Source: Desulfovibrionales bacterium (GTDB taxonomy: Bacteria; Desulfobacterota; QYQD01). Taken from it: 64,000 nt of DNA. The position numbers and the translations under genes are program-made. Positions 52,322 through 61,857 of the stretch are shown one piece after another. The notes below the pieces were generated by a model. That model was given only the letters and a program-made list of their open reading frames with translations. It was not told the DNA's origin and made no database searches. The stretch is from the NCBI GenBank assembly GCA_028715605.1, contig JAQURM010000011.1, forward strand, positions 2,840-66,839. Direction: 5' to 3'. Position 1 is the stretch's first letter. Every line of letters starts with the position of its first letter.

Positions 52322-52608
52322 GCGGCTATTACTTTTTTCACTTCCTCAATAGAGATCCCTTCCATCTCTATGAGTTTCAAGCGGGATTTATGCCCGGTCT
52401 TGATGGATAGATTTGTTTGAGGCAGGCCAAACAGAGAGGCAAGAAATCGAATACAGGCGGCATTAGCCTCTCCTTCTACCGGAGGCGCTTTTAATCTGAT
52501 TTTAAGGGCATCGCCGTGATAGCCGGCTATACCCTCGCGTGAGGCCTTTGGTTGTACGTAAACCCTTAAAAGTACCCCGTCAGTTGATGGTTGGAAAAAT
52601 AGGGTCAC
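52300..52608 (-). CDS. DUF167 (YggU) family protein
   Basis: The pattern LLRVYVQPKASREGIAG..LKIRLKAPPVEGEANAACIRFLA..GHKSRLK matches this family. Confidence 0.85.
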   Translation of the reverse strand: MTLFFQPSTDGVLLRVYVQPKASREGIAGYHGDALKIRLKAPPVEGEANAACIRFLASLFGLPQTNLSIKTGHKSRLKLIEMEGISIEEVKKVIAAQPALSS

Positions 52609-53162
52609 TTTGCCGGGTCTTCACCCTCTAAATCCACTCCAGAGATAATTTCGTTGATAGCGCTCATAGCCTGCTGTGCCTCGTTCGCATCGGCCCCCTT
52701 TTCTTCCGCTACTTCTTTCTCTGCGGCCAGCCATTTCGAAAGGCTTTCGATAAAAGCCTTAACCCGATACTCCATCTGGGCCTTTTGACGTTTCAACTGG
52801 TTGATCTCTTCCTGTACCTGGGCCGCCTGAACATGGGCGCTTTCCACCATCTTTCTGGCTTCAAGTTCGGCTTGAGTTACTATAAGCTTGGCCTGACGCT
52901 CGGCATTGGATTTCATCTCATCCACTACACGCTGGGCAGAAACAAAGGCCGTTTGAAAAGTCTTCTCCTTCTCTTCAAAATTAGCCTGGGCTTCCCTGAG
53001 CCTTTTTACCTCATCCTTAAGGGCGCTATTTTCGTGGAGCGCCTCTTTGAGTTCTTCCGCTACCAATTCCAGGAAGGAATCTACTTCCCGCGCATCAAAA
53101 CCGCGGAAACGGACTCGGAACTCCTGTTGTTGAATGTCCATAGGTGTAATACGCATATACAA
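52605..53162 (-). CDS. divIVA: DivIVA-domain cell-division protein
   Basis: MRITPMDIQQQEFRVRFRGFDAREVDSFL is followed by a coiled coil. Confidence 0.88.
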   Translation of the reverse strand: MYMRITPMDIQQQEFRVRFRGFDAREVDSFLELVAEELKEALHENSALKDEVKRLREAQANFEEKEKTFQTAFVSAQRVVDEMKSNAERQAKLIVTQAELEARKMVESAHVQAAQVQEEINQLKRQKAQMEYRVKAFIESLSKWLAAEKEVAEEKGADANEAQQAMSAINEIISGVDLEGEDPAK

Positions 53163-53184
53163 TCACCCTCTTTGGATGGGTTAA

Positions 53185-53502
53185 TCAACCAAGCTGTCCG
53201 GCTACATCGACTAGGGTTGGCACGAGGAAACTTTGCAGGAAAACAATGATCAATATGATAATTATTGGTGAAAAATCTATGCCGCCAAGGCTGATGGGAA
53301 GAAGACGGCGCACCCGGTAAAGGACGGGTTCGGTTACCCCGTAAAGGAAGCGAACAAGGGGATTGTACGGATCAGGACTGACCCAGGAAATGACTGCCCG
53401 GGCGATAATAACCCACATATAAAGTGATAATACTATGTCGATTATCTTGGCCAAGGCATGCAAAAAATTTCCAAAAACGAACATAAGCACATCCTTATGC
53501 AC
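53185..53502 (-). CDS. yggT: YggT-family membrane protein
   Basis: 105 aa with two TM pairs. The motif is IIARAVISWVSPDPYNP..TEPVL.P.R. Confidence 0.85.
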   Translation of the reverse strand: MHKDVLMFVFGNFLHALAKIIDIVLSLYMWVIIARAVISWVSPDPYNPLVRFLYGVTEPVLYRVRRLLPISLGGIDFSPIIIILIIVFLQSFLVPTLVDVAGQLG

Positions 53503-53585
53503 AGGGACCGGCCCCGAATTAAAAATGCTACGGATTATATCGGCATTTCTGAAAAATAGTCAAGGAGTAAACAGAAATAAATATC

Positions 53586-54494
53586 TCAGGCCGGATTACA
53601 GCAGGCCGCCACTACTGCCTTGGCTACTCCGGACATAAAATTGAAGTCCAGGGCCTCCAGTCTGTCATAAGGCGTGTGATAGTTAGGGTTGCGGAACATG
53701 GCGGTATCGGTGAGCATCAGGGCCGGATACCCCTGATCCCAGAAGGGCGCATGGTCGCTGAACCTGGTCTCCGGTATCAGGCGGCCTGAAAAAGGTACCT
53801 TATAGCCCACCACTTTAAGTTCCGGCGCCCATTTAGCAGCAGACCGGCAAAAGCCGTCTAAAAGATTTCTCGATCTTCGGTTGGCGACAACCCCCAGGAA
53901 ATCTCCCGTATCCGGCACATCGATTCTCATCAAGGCTGGAATGGACTGGCTCCGGGGTTTTTCGCTTGTGTAGCCGACAGACTCTAAGATGAGTACGCCT
54001 TTATATTTCACTCCTTTTTTTCCGGCATCCTGGGCAAAATGACGGCTCCCGATGAGAAAGGTGAGGGTCATTACCGGGAGCTGGGGCTCTTCCAGGGTAA
54101 AAGCTACGAACTGTATGGTATTATCAGGATTACATTGAGACAGAATACGCGCCGCCTCCAGGAGCACGGCCACCCCGCTGGCGTTATCATCGGCGCCCGG
54201 GCTGCCCAGGGCGGCGTCGTAGTGGGCGCCGACCAGGAGCAAATCGGTATCCTTCCTTCCCTGGAGCGTGCCGACAATGTTCCGATAAGTCCTGCCGTGA
54301 AACGGCACTGCCTGGCTCTGTACGGCAAGTCCAAAAGACGCAAAGGCCTCCTCCACATAACGCGCCCGCTCCTCCAGCGCCTCCGGCTCCTTCCAGGCAT
54401 GGCGCAGACCGGTTACGGACGAGGTGTAGTACCTTAGATTCCCGATATCTACCTGGGCTATCAGATTCTCTACGTCATAAGACATGCAAACCAT
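53586..54494 (-). CDS. M28-family zinc aminopeptidase
   Basis: VGAHYDA, GADDNASGVAVLLE, FVAFTLEE and SDHAPFW are metal ligand motifs. Confidence 0.88.
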   Translation of the reverse strand: MVCMSYDVENLIAQVDIGNLRYYTSSVTGLRHAWKEPEALEERARYVEEAFASFGLAVQSQAVPFHGRTYRNIVGTLQGRKDTDLLLVGAHYDAALGSPGADDNASGVAVLLEAARILSQCNPDNTIQFVAFTLEEPQLPVMTLTFLIGSRHFAQDAGKKGVKYKGVLILESVGYTSEKPRSQSIPALMRIDVPDTGDFLGVVANRRSRNLLDGFCRSAAKWAPELKVVGYKVPFSGRLIPETRFSDHAPFWDQGYPALMLTDTAMFRNPNYHTPYDRLEALDFNFMSGVAKAVVAACCNPA

Positions 54495-54660
54495 GTTAAT
54501 CTAAAATGCCCTCTTTTTGTCAACAAGATTTTAGCTATTAGCTATCTGCTGGTCAACTATTAAGAAAAAACAAGGACTTATACCAAAATACAATTAAATA
54601 ACTTTTATCGTAACACTTTACGTATTTGAAACCGCCCTACATTCAGAAATGGCTATTAAT

Positions 54661-54813
54661 CTGGAACTCACGAACTCATGAAAGAACAGAGCAACCAGAA
54701 GCCGAACTGCTGAAAATCAATTTCTCAAAAATACTTTCCTGATTTTCTGAGTTCCTGATTCAAGCGTCTTCCTGAATTCTTTCAAGCCCCCTCCTTCCTG
54801 ATTTCCTGATTTG
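54661..54813. repeat. Intergenic 'word-repeat' element, family C
   Basis: ggaactcacgaactcatgaaagaac opposes ttcctgattttctgagttcctgattc and ttcctgatttcctgatttg. Confidence 0.6.
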
Positions 54814-54978
54814 ATATTTTTCTTTGCACTTTTTATCATGCATTTTCAAAACGCTAAATTGTTACCTTTTATCAAAAACTCCCTGCTCCTCTTTGCGCTG
54901 ATCGCTAAAACGGTTGAATTCTCTATGCCTTTCTGATACTGTCCGCTCTGTATGTAATCTATCAAGGAATTAAATCTT

Positions 54979-55563
54979 ATGTCAGACTGGTCAAAAGGAA
55001 GGGTAAAACGCAACGAGCGGTTGAAGCTCCATCGCCATGAAAGCCTGCTTCTCTGGTTCACGGGCCTCCCTGGAGCGGGCAAGACGACTCTGGCCTATGC
55101 ACTGGATAGGTGCTTATATAGCAGGGGCTTTCACACCTATGCCCTGGATGACGACAATGTCGGCTACGGACTGTGCGGCGGGCTCGGATCAGGCCGGGAG
55201 GACCACAAAGAAAGCGCCCGGAGGGTGGCCGAAGCAGGCCGGCTCTTTGTGGATGCCGGGATCATAACCATCGCCGCCTTCACTGCTCCCTATCGCGAAG
55301 ACCGGAAGTTTGCCCGCAACCTATTCCGGCCCGGTGAATTTGTCGAAATCTATATAAAATGCCCCCTGGCAGAATGCGAAAAAAGGGATGGCAAGGGATA
55401 TTATGAAAAGGCCCGCTCCGGCCGCATCAAAGGTTTTACTGGTGTGGATTCTATTTACGAGGAACCGGAGAATCCTGAACTGATCCTGGAAACAGATAAG
55501 TACGACATCCCGACCTGCCTGGAAAAGATACTAAACTACCTGGAGGAAGAATTGATAATATAA
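54979..55563 (+). CDS. Adenylylsulfate-kinase-fold P-loop kinase (CysC-like, with a divergent substrate-binding motif)
   Basis: LLLWFTGLPGAGKTTLA is the P-loop. The protein is collinear with CysC, but LDDDNVGYGLCGGLGSGREDHKESARR replaces the canonical LDGDNxRxGLxxDLGFSxxDRxENIRR. Confidence 0.7.
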   Translation: MSDWSKGRVKRNERLKLHRHESLLLWFTGLPGAGKTTLAYALDRCLYSRGFHTYALDDDNVGYGLCGGLGSGREDHKESARRVAEAGRLFVDAGIITIAAFTAPYREDRKFARNLFRPGEFVEIYIKCPLAECEKRDGKGYYEKARSGRIKGFTGVDSIYEEPENPELILETDKYDIPTCLEKILNYLEEELII

Positions 55564-55580
55564 AACCTAAAAGGGCGATT

Positions 55581-55658
55581 CACCACAGAGAACACAGAGA
55601 ACTACTTGAAATTATTATATTTTAAACTATTAAAATCTTTCTCTGTGCACGCTGTGGT
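55581..55658. repeat. 'CACAGAG' family-B hairpin
   Basis: caccacagagaacacagagaa ...(37 nt)... ttctctgtgcacgctgtgg. Confidence 0.7.
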
Positions 55659-55748
55659 TTTTAAATCGCTTAATTTAGGTAAAACATTTCCAGGCGGGAG
55701 AGACATCGATTGCAGCGGCCGTTTTTGCACATTTTGGGGCCTATAAGA

Positions 55749-56006
55749 TTACGGCTTCTTTAGAATATCATGGCTGCCGACTTTTCTCATGATATAGGTG
55801 TCGCCTTCAATCTGAAAGGTAAAACGGTAAGAGCCGCTTACCCTGCCTTCCCAGATGTTCCTCGGATCTTGCATCTTTTTAATGTTTAGGGAAGGGTGTT
55901 GTGGATCAGATAACAAAAACTCCAACTGTTTGTCGATTGCTTTCTGCACTGGCGGGGGCAGATTACGGTAATCCCGGATAAAGTTTTTGGTAAAAACCAG
56001 CCTCAT
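55749..56006 (-). CDS. Type II toxin, RelE/ParE superfamily
   Basis: 85 aa. FTKNFIRDYRNLPPPVQKAIDKQL..GRVSGSYRFTFQIEGDTYIMRKVGSHD is typical of RelE/ParE. There is a 4-nt overlap with the antitoxin gene. Confidence 0.85.
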   Translation of the reverse strand: MRLVFTKNFIRDYRNLPPPVQKAIDKQLEFLLSDPQHPSLNIKKMQDPRNIWEGRVSGSYRFTFQIEGDTYIMRKVGSHDILKKP

Positions 56007-56287
56007 ATTTTAGTCTTCTTGAGGGCCCGGACGGCAGCTTTAATATTATCAAAAGGACCAACCACATCACCTTTGGCCATGTCTTTGTCTGCCTGGGCCT
56101 CCCCTTCCTGCCACTCTTTGGTGTAAAAATACTCCTGGTCAGGATGAACCAGCTTGACCGGCTTCATGATTATGTCGCCATCCTTATTCTCCACTTCCAC
56201 ATAATCTCCAACAGCAAGATTAAGCTTTCTGCGTAGGCCCTGTGGAATAGTAATCTGATAGTGTCTTTTGACCTTAACCAGCGGCAT
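56003..56287 (-). CDS. AbrB/MazE/SpoVT-family antitoxin
   Basis: The N-terminal part RHYQITIPQGLRRKLNLAVGDYVEVE is a swapped-hairpin AbrB-type motif. Confidence 0.85.
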   Translation of the reverse strand: MPLVKVKRHYQITIPQGLRRKLNLAVGDYVEVENKDGDIIMKPVKLVHPDQEYFYTKEWQEGEAQADKDMAKGDVVGPFDNIKAAVRALKKTKI

Positions 56288-56784
56288 AAAAATACCTCTT
56301 CCGTTCTTTCCTATGAGTTTATGAACTTATGAATTTTGTAATTTTATAATATCAGAGAGCTAACTTTTGTCAAGTGCTGAAATTTTCTTTCTTTACTTTT
56401 TCCCCCATTTTCATCAATAATGCGGAGAAAGAAACGATATCAAGGCGGGATTGTCGCAGCATGGAGGTGTGCTATAGAATTTATTTCCTTCTGTCAGGCA
56501 TTGTGCAACGTAAGAAACAACCTCCCCATCGGTCATCTGCTGCCACCAAAAGCATAACGAGAAGGTCAGTATCCAAAGAGTCAGAGAATTACGCATCAAG
56601 ATTCAAAATGAAGTACGCAATTTCACTGCCTGTGCGGTACACGCAAACAGGGAAAATGATCTCACAGCCAACAATGCCAAAGATCAACGGGAATACTTAT
56701 ATGCAAAAACCTAACCGGACAAAGCTGGCTATTCTTATGCCTTAATAAGTAGTATAAGAGGATTAAAAAGGTACGCGGAGGTCC

Positions 56785-57765
56785 ATGATGAAAAATTGCG
56801 TGAATTATTCTTTTAAATTGGTCATTTTATTACTTATTGTTTTTTCATTTTTTACTGTTAGCGGCTGCACAAAAGATAAACCTGCTCATGTTCGTATTGC
56901 ATATTTGCCAAGTAGTTCATGTTTGCCTCTGTTTGTCGCTGTGGAAAAGGGGTACTTCAAGGAGGCTGGCGTTGATGTCGAATTGCTGAAATTCGGGGCC
57001 ACCAATGATGCACTTAACGCTGTATTGGCGGGGCGTGCTGATGGGACGCCGGGCTTTGGGATTTCGTCGTTCTGTGCTATTGAGGCGAAGACTCCGGGCT
57101 CATTGAAGATCTACATGCCTTGCGCCGAGGATGAACATAACTATGCAAATAACCTTCTGGTACCGGTCAAGTCTCCAATTCAATCTATAGAGCAACTCAG
57201 TGGCAAAAAAGTGGGCACCTTTACAAGCTCAACACAAACCCTATACCTCAAATTAATCATGTCCAAGGTTTTACCCGCAGGAAAAGAATGGCAGATAGTT
57301 CAGGTAGATGACAAGCTCCAGCTTCAGGCATTGACTGCAAACCAGTTTGATGCGTTGTTTGCTATTGAACCCTTAGGCACTAAGGCAGTAAGCGAGGGCA
57401 TTGCTCGTGTCCTGGTTGCTAATCCACGAGGAAAATATCTTTTTTCTCCCTTCCCGGCAGGCGCCAACTGTTTTTCCAGTGAGTTCATAAAATCGAAACC
57501 TGATCTGGCTACCAAGGTTGCACAGGTATTTATAAAAGCTGTTAAAGATATTCGGAATGATCCAAAAGCCGCACGCTTGATTCTTACGAAGTATGCGCCA
57601 ATCGAACCGGCTATCGCCGATAAGGTTGGGCTGTACACGTGGTGGCTGCCCGGTGAGGAGGATTGGGGAGCGGTACAACGACTTTCTGACATGCTTTTTG
57701 ACAATAGACTTATGAAGTCTCGCGTACAGATAAAGGACATGCTTTATAGTGTATCGGCACAGTAA
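56785..57765 (+). CDS. ABC transporter substrate-binding lipoprotein, NMT1/SsuA/TauA-like (NitT/TauT family)
   Basis: It has a signal peptide with a lipobox-like FTVSGC. The pattern IAYLPSSSCLPLFVAVEKGYFKEAGVDVELLKFGATNDALNAVLAGRAD is typical of this family. Confidence 0.8.
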   Translation: MMKNCVNYSFKLVILLLIVFSFFTVSGCTKDKPAHVRIAYLPSSSCLPLFVAVEKGYFKEAGVDVELLKFGATNDALNAVLAGRADGTPGFGISSFCAIEAKTPGSLKIYMPCAEDEHNYANNLLVPVKSPIQSIEQLSGKKVGTFTSSTQTLYLKLIMSKVLPAGKEWQIVQVDDKLQLQALTANQFDALFAIEPLGTKAVSEGIARVLVANPRGKYLFSPFPAGANCFSSEFIKSKPDLATKVAQVFIKAVKDIRNDPKAARLILTKYAPIEPAIADKVGLYTWWLPGEEDWGAVQRLSDMLFDNRLMKSRVQIKDMLYSVSAQ

Positions 57766-57818
57766 GATTGCATAGAATGATTGGCTCACAGGTTGCTAAT
57801 ATGGAGGGGGAATAATAT

Positions 57819-60248
57819 ATGGCTCTCGTATGTCGCATACTGCATTTGTCGGATTTGCACTACGGAGTTCTAAACAAGAAATTCAAACATAGATTCCGAA
57901 ATTTTGAATTTGTCCGCAAATGTGCCAAAGCCGTAAATGATTATTGCAATAAATCAGAAGAACAAAAAGTCCCGCTTTATATAGTAATCACAGGGGATCT
58001 TGTTTGCAAAGGCGAAATAAAAAAACAACACACAAGAGCACGCGAGAACTTATCAAAACTTTATACGGCATTGGAGAAAAAATATCCGGTCGATATATTT
58101 CTTGTGCCAGGTAATCATGACGTTAATCGTAAGGCTGTAGAAGAAGGACAGGATCCATTGGCTTATTATGTCACGGAGGTAAATAACCATTTTTGCCGAA
58201 CGAAGATTGAGCGCGAACTTACTACCAAGTTTGGACTAAAGAACTTTCGCAAAGAAAGAGGCCAGAAATGGATACACACGGTAAAACCGAGAAGAGACTT
58301 AAATTTAGATTCAGACTTGGCATTCATAACATTTTATTCGCCGATAACTGATAAGAAACTACTGAAAAATCCATATACTGGTTCTTTATTGGATGGCGAA
58401 GACTGCTGGCTTTACGACCGTGGACTCATAGACAATGGCCAATGGAAGGATGTCAAAAGAGAGATCAAGAAACTCGGAAATAATAAAAATCTACTTAAAA
58501 TTGCTATTTGTCATCATAATCCTTTGCCACTACGCAGGTATTATAAGAAGCCAAGAACTGCCAATGAATATACAGAAATAGATGCTTTCTCTAATCCTGA
58601 AGTAAATTTACTTGCCAATGGTCCGGAGCTTCTCACTCTTTTGACCGAGCAAGGTGTTAACTTGCTGCTTCATGGTCATCGACATCAAGACGCAATTGCC
58701 GAGTCCTTTCCTAAGAAAAAACTCGTTATAATAGGGGCACCCAGCGCAGGCCTATCGGATGAAGGATTAATGGAAAAGCTTGGTAAAAATAATACTGAGC
58801 TTACACCCCCAAAATGGCAGGGCTTTAACGTGCTTGATATTTACAAAAACGAGCTAGGATTTTCGATCAACGTGAATACATTTAGCTTCGATGGGAATGA
58901 AAAAAAGTATATATTAGCCGAAGGGAAAGATTCTAATGAAACCAAATTAATACCACTCTACTCAGAACCGATCTTTCCATTTGAGCCATTAAGTGAATCT
59001 GAAGGCGTAAAAAGTGCGATAGAACATTTGACCCAATCAAAACACGGTACAACCAGTCTGCATTACACTTATGAGGCCGTTTGGGACGACAAACCAGTAT
59101 CTAGAAAAAGCGACCAATTGAAAATTACGCTATCTTCTAAAAATACTCCCTTGTATCATCTTTTGAAAGGGATAAAAAACAACGGGGAAATCGCAACACA
59201 TTTCACTAAGTACTTGGCAGGCAAGAATGGCTTCACTCAAGACCGCATTGAGGAACTTAGATACCAAGTTACTGAATCAATAGTGCGTGGATTTATTGTG
59301 CCGGCTCTAAAGAGCGATATTCAGGATGAAAATAATAAGGGATCTATTACATGGAATCACTTGACAGCCAATCCTGAGGCTCCTGAAAAGAATCTTTTCT
59401 ACAAGGCCTTAATTGAAATTGGCAAAAAGGGTGATCGCAATGCTATCTACGCCTTAGAGTTGATGAAATTATTAGACAATAAGAATTATATTTTAAGACG
59501 ATGTGTATATTTCTGGCCAATTTCAGAAGACAGGCGAAAGGGAGGTGTAACGTTAGATAACCTTCGCCAGTTCACCGCAAAGAAATTTCTGTGGCTTCTT
59601 AATACACTTCTCGCATACCGAGGCCTTGAAAATGCTCATATTGCATGGTTGCCCTTAGCCTTCGAAGGCTGTGACGGTCAGACGATTTTGTGTATGGAAC
59701 CGCCCGATATGCGGCAGAAAACTACCCCCAGTGTATTACTTGGTTTTGGAGAAGATCTTGATGCGAAAAGAGAAGATCGTATTTCTGTCTATAAAGTTAC
59801 TGCTGTACCTGGCAATAACGCTGTTGGCAACAAACTGGGAGAAAATCTTCGTGGTATGCTCACCCATATTGTGCATCCTCTTGCACGACGTCTAATGGAG
59901 GCATTCCCACTGATGAGAGAGGGCAAAATTTGTTGTCGTAATGTTCAGAATTTGATCCTTGTTTTTGGGTTGACCGATGACCTTAAGGGAGCTTTAAAAA
60001 CTTTTAAGAGAGAAATAGAGACCTATGATTCCAGATTCAAAAGTAATGAGGAAGACGAAGAGGGAACTCTCGCTTTCAATAGCGAAGGGCGCAATAATTG
60101 GGCCATTCGACTCAAAGAACTCTATGAATGGAAATACTGGAATATCGAGAAGACTACAAATGACAGTGTTCTGCAAAAAGGACGCCCACCATGGAATGAG
60201 CATGATTATAAGTGGTTAAAAGAACGATTAGAAAACAGTGGTTATTAA
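57819..60248 (+). CDS. 809-aa protein: N-terminal calcineurin-like metallophosphoesterase plus a ~440-aa C-terminal region of unknown function
   Basis: MPE motifs occur in order: ILHLSDLHYG, VITGDLV, VPGNHD, ICHHNP and LHGHRHQD. GGAGGGGG lies 9 nt upstream of the ATG. I recognise no motif in the C-terminal half. Confidence 0.8.
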   Translation: MALVCRILHLSDLHYGVLNKKFKHRFRNFEFVRKCAKAVNDYCNKSEEQKVPLYIVITGDLVCKGEIKKQHTRARENLSKLYTALEKKYPVDIFLVPGNHDVNRKAVEEGQDPLAYYVTEVNNHFCRTKIERELTTKFGLKNFRKERGQKWIHTVKPRRDLNLDSDLAFITFYSPITDKKLLKNPYTGSLLDGEDCWLYDRGLIDNGQWKDVKREIKKLGNNKNLLKIAICHHNPLPLRRYYKKPRTANEYTEIDAFSNPEVNLLANGPELLTLLTEQGVNLLLHGHRHQDAIAESFPKKKLVIIGAPSAGLSDEGLMEKLGKNNTELTPPKWQGFNVLDIYKNELGFSINVNTFSFDGNEKKYILAEGKDSNETKLIPLYSEPIFPFEPLSESEGVKSAIEHLTQSKHGTTSLHYTYEAVWDDKPVSRKSDQLKITLSSKNTPLYHLLKGIKNNGEIATHFTKYLAGKNGFTQDRIEELRYQVTESIVRGFIVPALKSDIQDENNKGSITWNHLTANPEAPEKNLFYKALIEIGKKGDRNAIYALELMKLLDNKNYILRRCVYFWPISEDRRKGGVTLDNLRQFTAKKFLWLLNTLLAYRGLENAHIAWLPLAFEGCDGQTILCMEPPDMRQKTTPSVLLGFGEDLDAKREDRISVYKVTAVPGNNAVGNKLGENLRGMLTHIVHPLARRLMEAFPLMREGKICCRNVQNLILVFGLTDDLKGALKTFKREIETYDSRFKSNEEDEEGTLAFNSEGRNNWAIRLKELYEWKYWNIEKTTNDSVLQKGRPPWNEHDYKWLKERLENSGY

Positions 60249-60335
60249 AGTATCCCATAGCTGACTTCTTAATATCATTAAGAGTATGCGGAGTGTATTC
60301 AACATAGGAAATTTATTTTGATGAAATTCTAAACT

Positions 60336-61088
60336 ATGATCCAACTCAACAATATCTCGAAATCGTTTCCTGTTACCGGTAAAGTACTCGAACGTTTTTC
60401 ATTGCATGTGGAACAAGGAGCATTCCTTGTTTTGTATGGGCCAAGCGCTTCGGGTAAGTCTACGATTCTAAATCTTATAGCGGGACTCGACGCACCAGAT
60501 AATGGCACTTTACTTTGGTTTGGCGCCAATGTGCCTCCCGGCATCGGTTACCAGTTCCAAAACTATGAATCAACTTTATTCCCTTGGCTAACCAATGCAG
60601 CGAACATTGAACTCCCATTGCGAGTGAACGGGACATTGAATGTTGTAGAACGTCAACAACGCGTCAATCAAACAGTTGAGCGGCTTCGTCTGCAAATACC
60701 TCTCAAGAGTCAGCCGTTTAAACTGAGTGGAGGCGGCAAACAGAAAATCGCCCTCGCGCGTGCTCTGGTATCGCACCCTCAGATTCTTCTATTAGATGAA
60801 CCTTTCAATTCCCTTGACCTTAATGACAGGGAATTCATGCATCAAGAGATTGTTCGTATTTGGCGAGAGTTTGGATTGACGATTATCTTTGTCACGCATG
60901 ATCTTGATGAGGCATTAATTGTCGGCCAGAAATTAGTAATAATAGGGGGAAAACCAGCACAAATTATCGGAGAGCCTTTTCCGATTAACATGCCCTATCC
61001 ACGTGATGCAAAAGTCAAGATGTCTGAAGACTATTTCCGCCTTCGCGTCAAGGCATTAGAACTATTTGAGCGTGCCAAAAATGGATAA
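60336..61088 (+). CDS. ABC transporter ATP-binding protein (NitT/TauT family)
   Basis: Walker A is GPSASGKST, the signature is LSGGGKQKIALARAL and Walker B is LLLDEPFNSLD. Confidence 0.9.
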   Translation: MIQLNNISKSFPVTGKVLERFSLHVEQGAFLVLYGPSASGKSTILNLIAGLDAPDNGTLLWFGANVPPGIGYQFQNYESTLFPWLTNAANIELPLRVNGTLNVVERQQRVNQTVERLRLQIPLKSQPFKLSGGGKQKIALARALVSHPQILLLDEPFNSLDLNDREFMHQEIVRIWREFGLTIIFVTHDLDEALIVGQKLVIIGGKPAQIIGEPFPINMPYPRDAKVKMSEDYFRLRVKALELFERAKNG

Positions 61089-61857
61089 GATTCAGTCGCA
61101 ATATTTCGGAATCAGGAGTTGGAGATGGCTCATCGGCCCAGCTGTTCTTGTATTTATATGGTGGTTAATCACGGCGGTTGGATTAGTTAAACCGATTTTT
61201 CTCCCTCCGCCAGCGCATGTTGTAAATGCGCTGTGGCATATGATGACTATTTCGGGTAGAGGGATAAGAAGCGATGTGGTGGCTACACTTAGCCGAGTAC
61301 TTGTTGGGTTGGCAGTAGGCATCGGGATTGGCCTTCCCATAGGATTATTCTTGGGATACTTCAGTTGGCTGCACGATATTTGGGAATTACCGCTTGATTT
61401 TTTCCGGTCTACTCCCGTGACCGCACTTTTCCCATTTTTTCTATTGATCTTTGGAATCGGTGACACAGGTAAGATTGCGATAGCTTCCTGGGCGGTTGCG
61501 CTGATTATTGTTATCAACACCATCTATGGTGTGAGGTCATGTAGCAGCGTTCGGTCACGGTATCTAAAAAGCATCGGTGCCAACTCATATCAGACGATTG
61601 TCTGGCAACTTATCCCGGAGGCCCTGCCTCACATAATCGGCGGGGTCCGGATTGCAATATCGCAGGCATTCATAGTAGTTGTTGTTACGGAAATGTTTTA
61701 CGGGAGTGACAAAGGGTTAGGCTATCAGCTCTATTCAGCCGCTCTTATGTACCGAAGCGATGAAGTCATTGCATTAATTCTGATTTCGGGAATACTCGGC
61801 TATATAATCAATAAAATAGCTGAGAAGGCAGGTAAGAAAATTGTTTTCTGGCTGTAG
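61066..61857 (+). CDS. ABC transporter permease (SsuC/TauC-like)
   Basis: 263 aa with about 6 TM spans. It overlaps both neighbours. The start is uncertain. Confidence 0.82.
   Translation: MSVPKMDKIQSQYFGIRSWRWLIGPAVLVFIWWLITAVGLVKPIFLPPPAHVVNALWHMMTISGRGIRSDVVATLSRVLVGLAVGIGIGLPIGLFLGYFSWLHDIWELPLDFFRSTPVTALFPFFLLIFGIGDTGKIAIASWAVALIIVINTIYGVRSCSSVRSRYLKSIGANSYQTIVWQLIPEALPHIIGGVRIAISQAFIVVVVTEMFYGSDKGLGYQLYSAALMYRSDEVIALILISGILGYIINKIAEKAGKKIVFWL

Noticed and set aside
56374-56745. The 123-aa ORF, and the nested 46-aa ORF (MKYAISLPVRYTQTGK..) and 19-aa ORF, as possible RiPP precursor peptides for the downstream radical-SAM enzymes
   Set aside because: They have no SD, no Cys/Ser/Thr-rich core and no leader-like motif. 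They are separated from the radical-SAM genes by four other genes, and the 123-aa product is low-complexity. I cannot exclude the possibility without RODEO-type analysis.
56288-56784. A TPP, cobalamin or SAM riboswitch in the long leader of the ABC/radical-SAM operon
   Set aside because: I could not find the conserved cores by eye (for example the CUGAGA/ACCUGA of the THI box, or a B12 box). An Infernal scan is needed to confirm or reject this.
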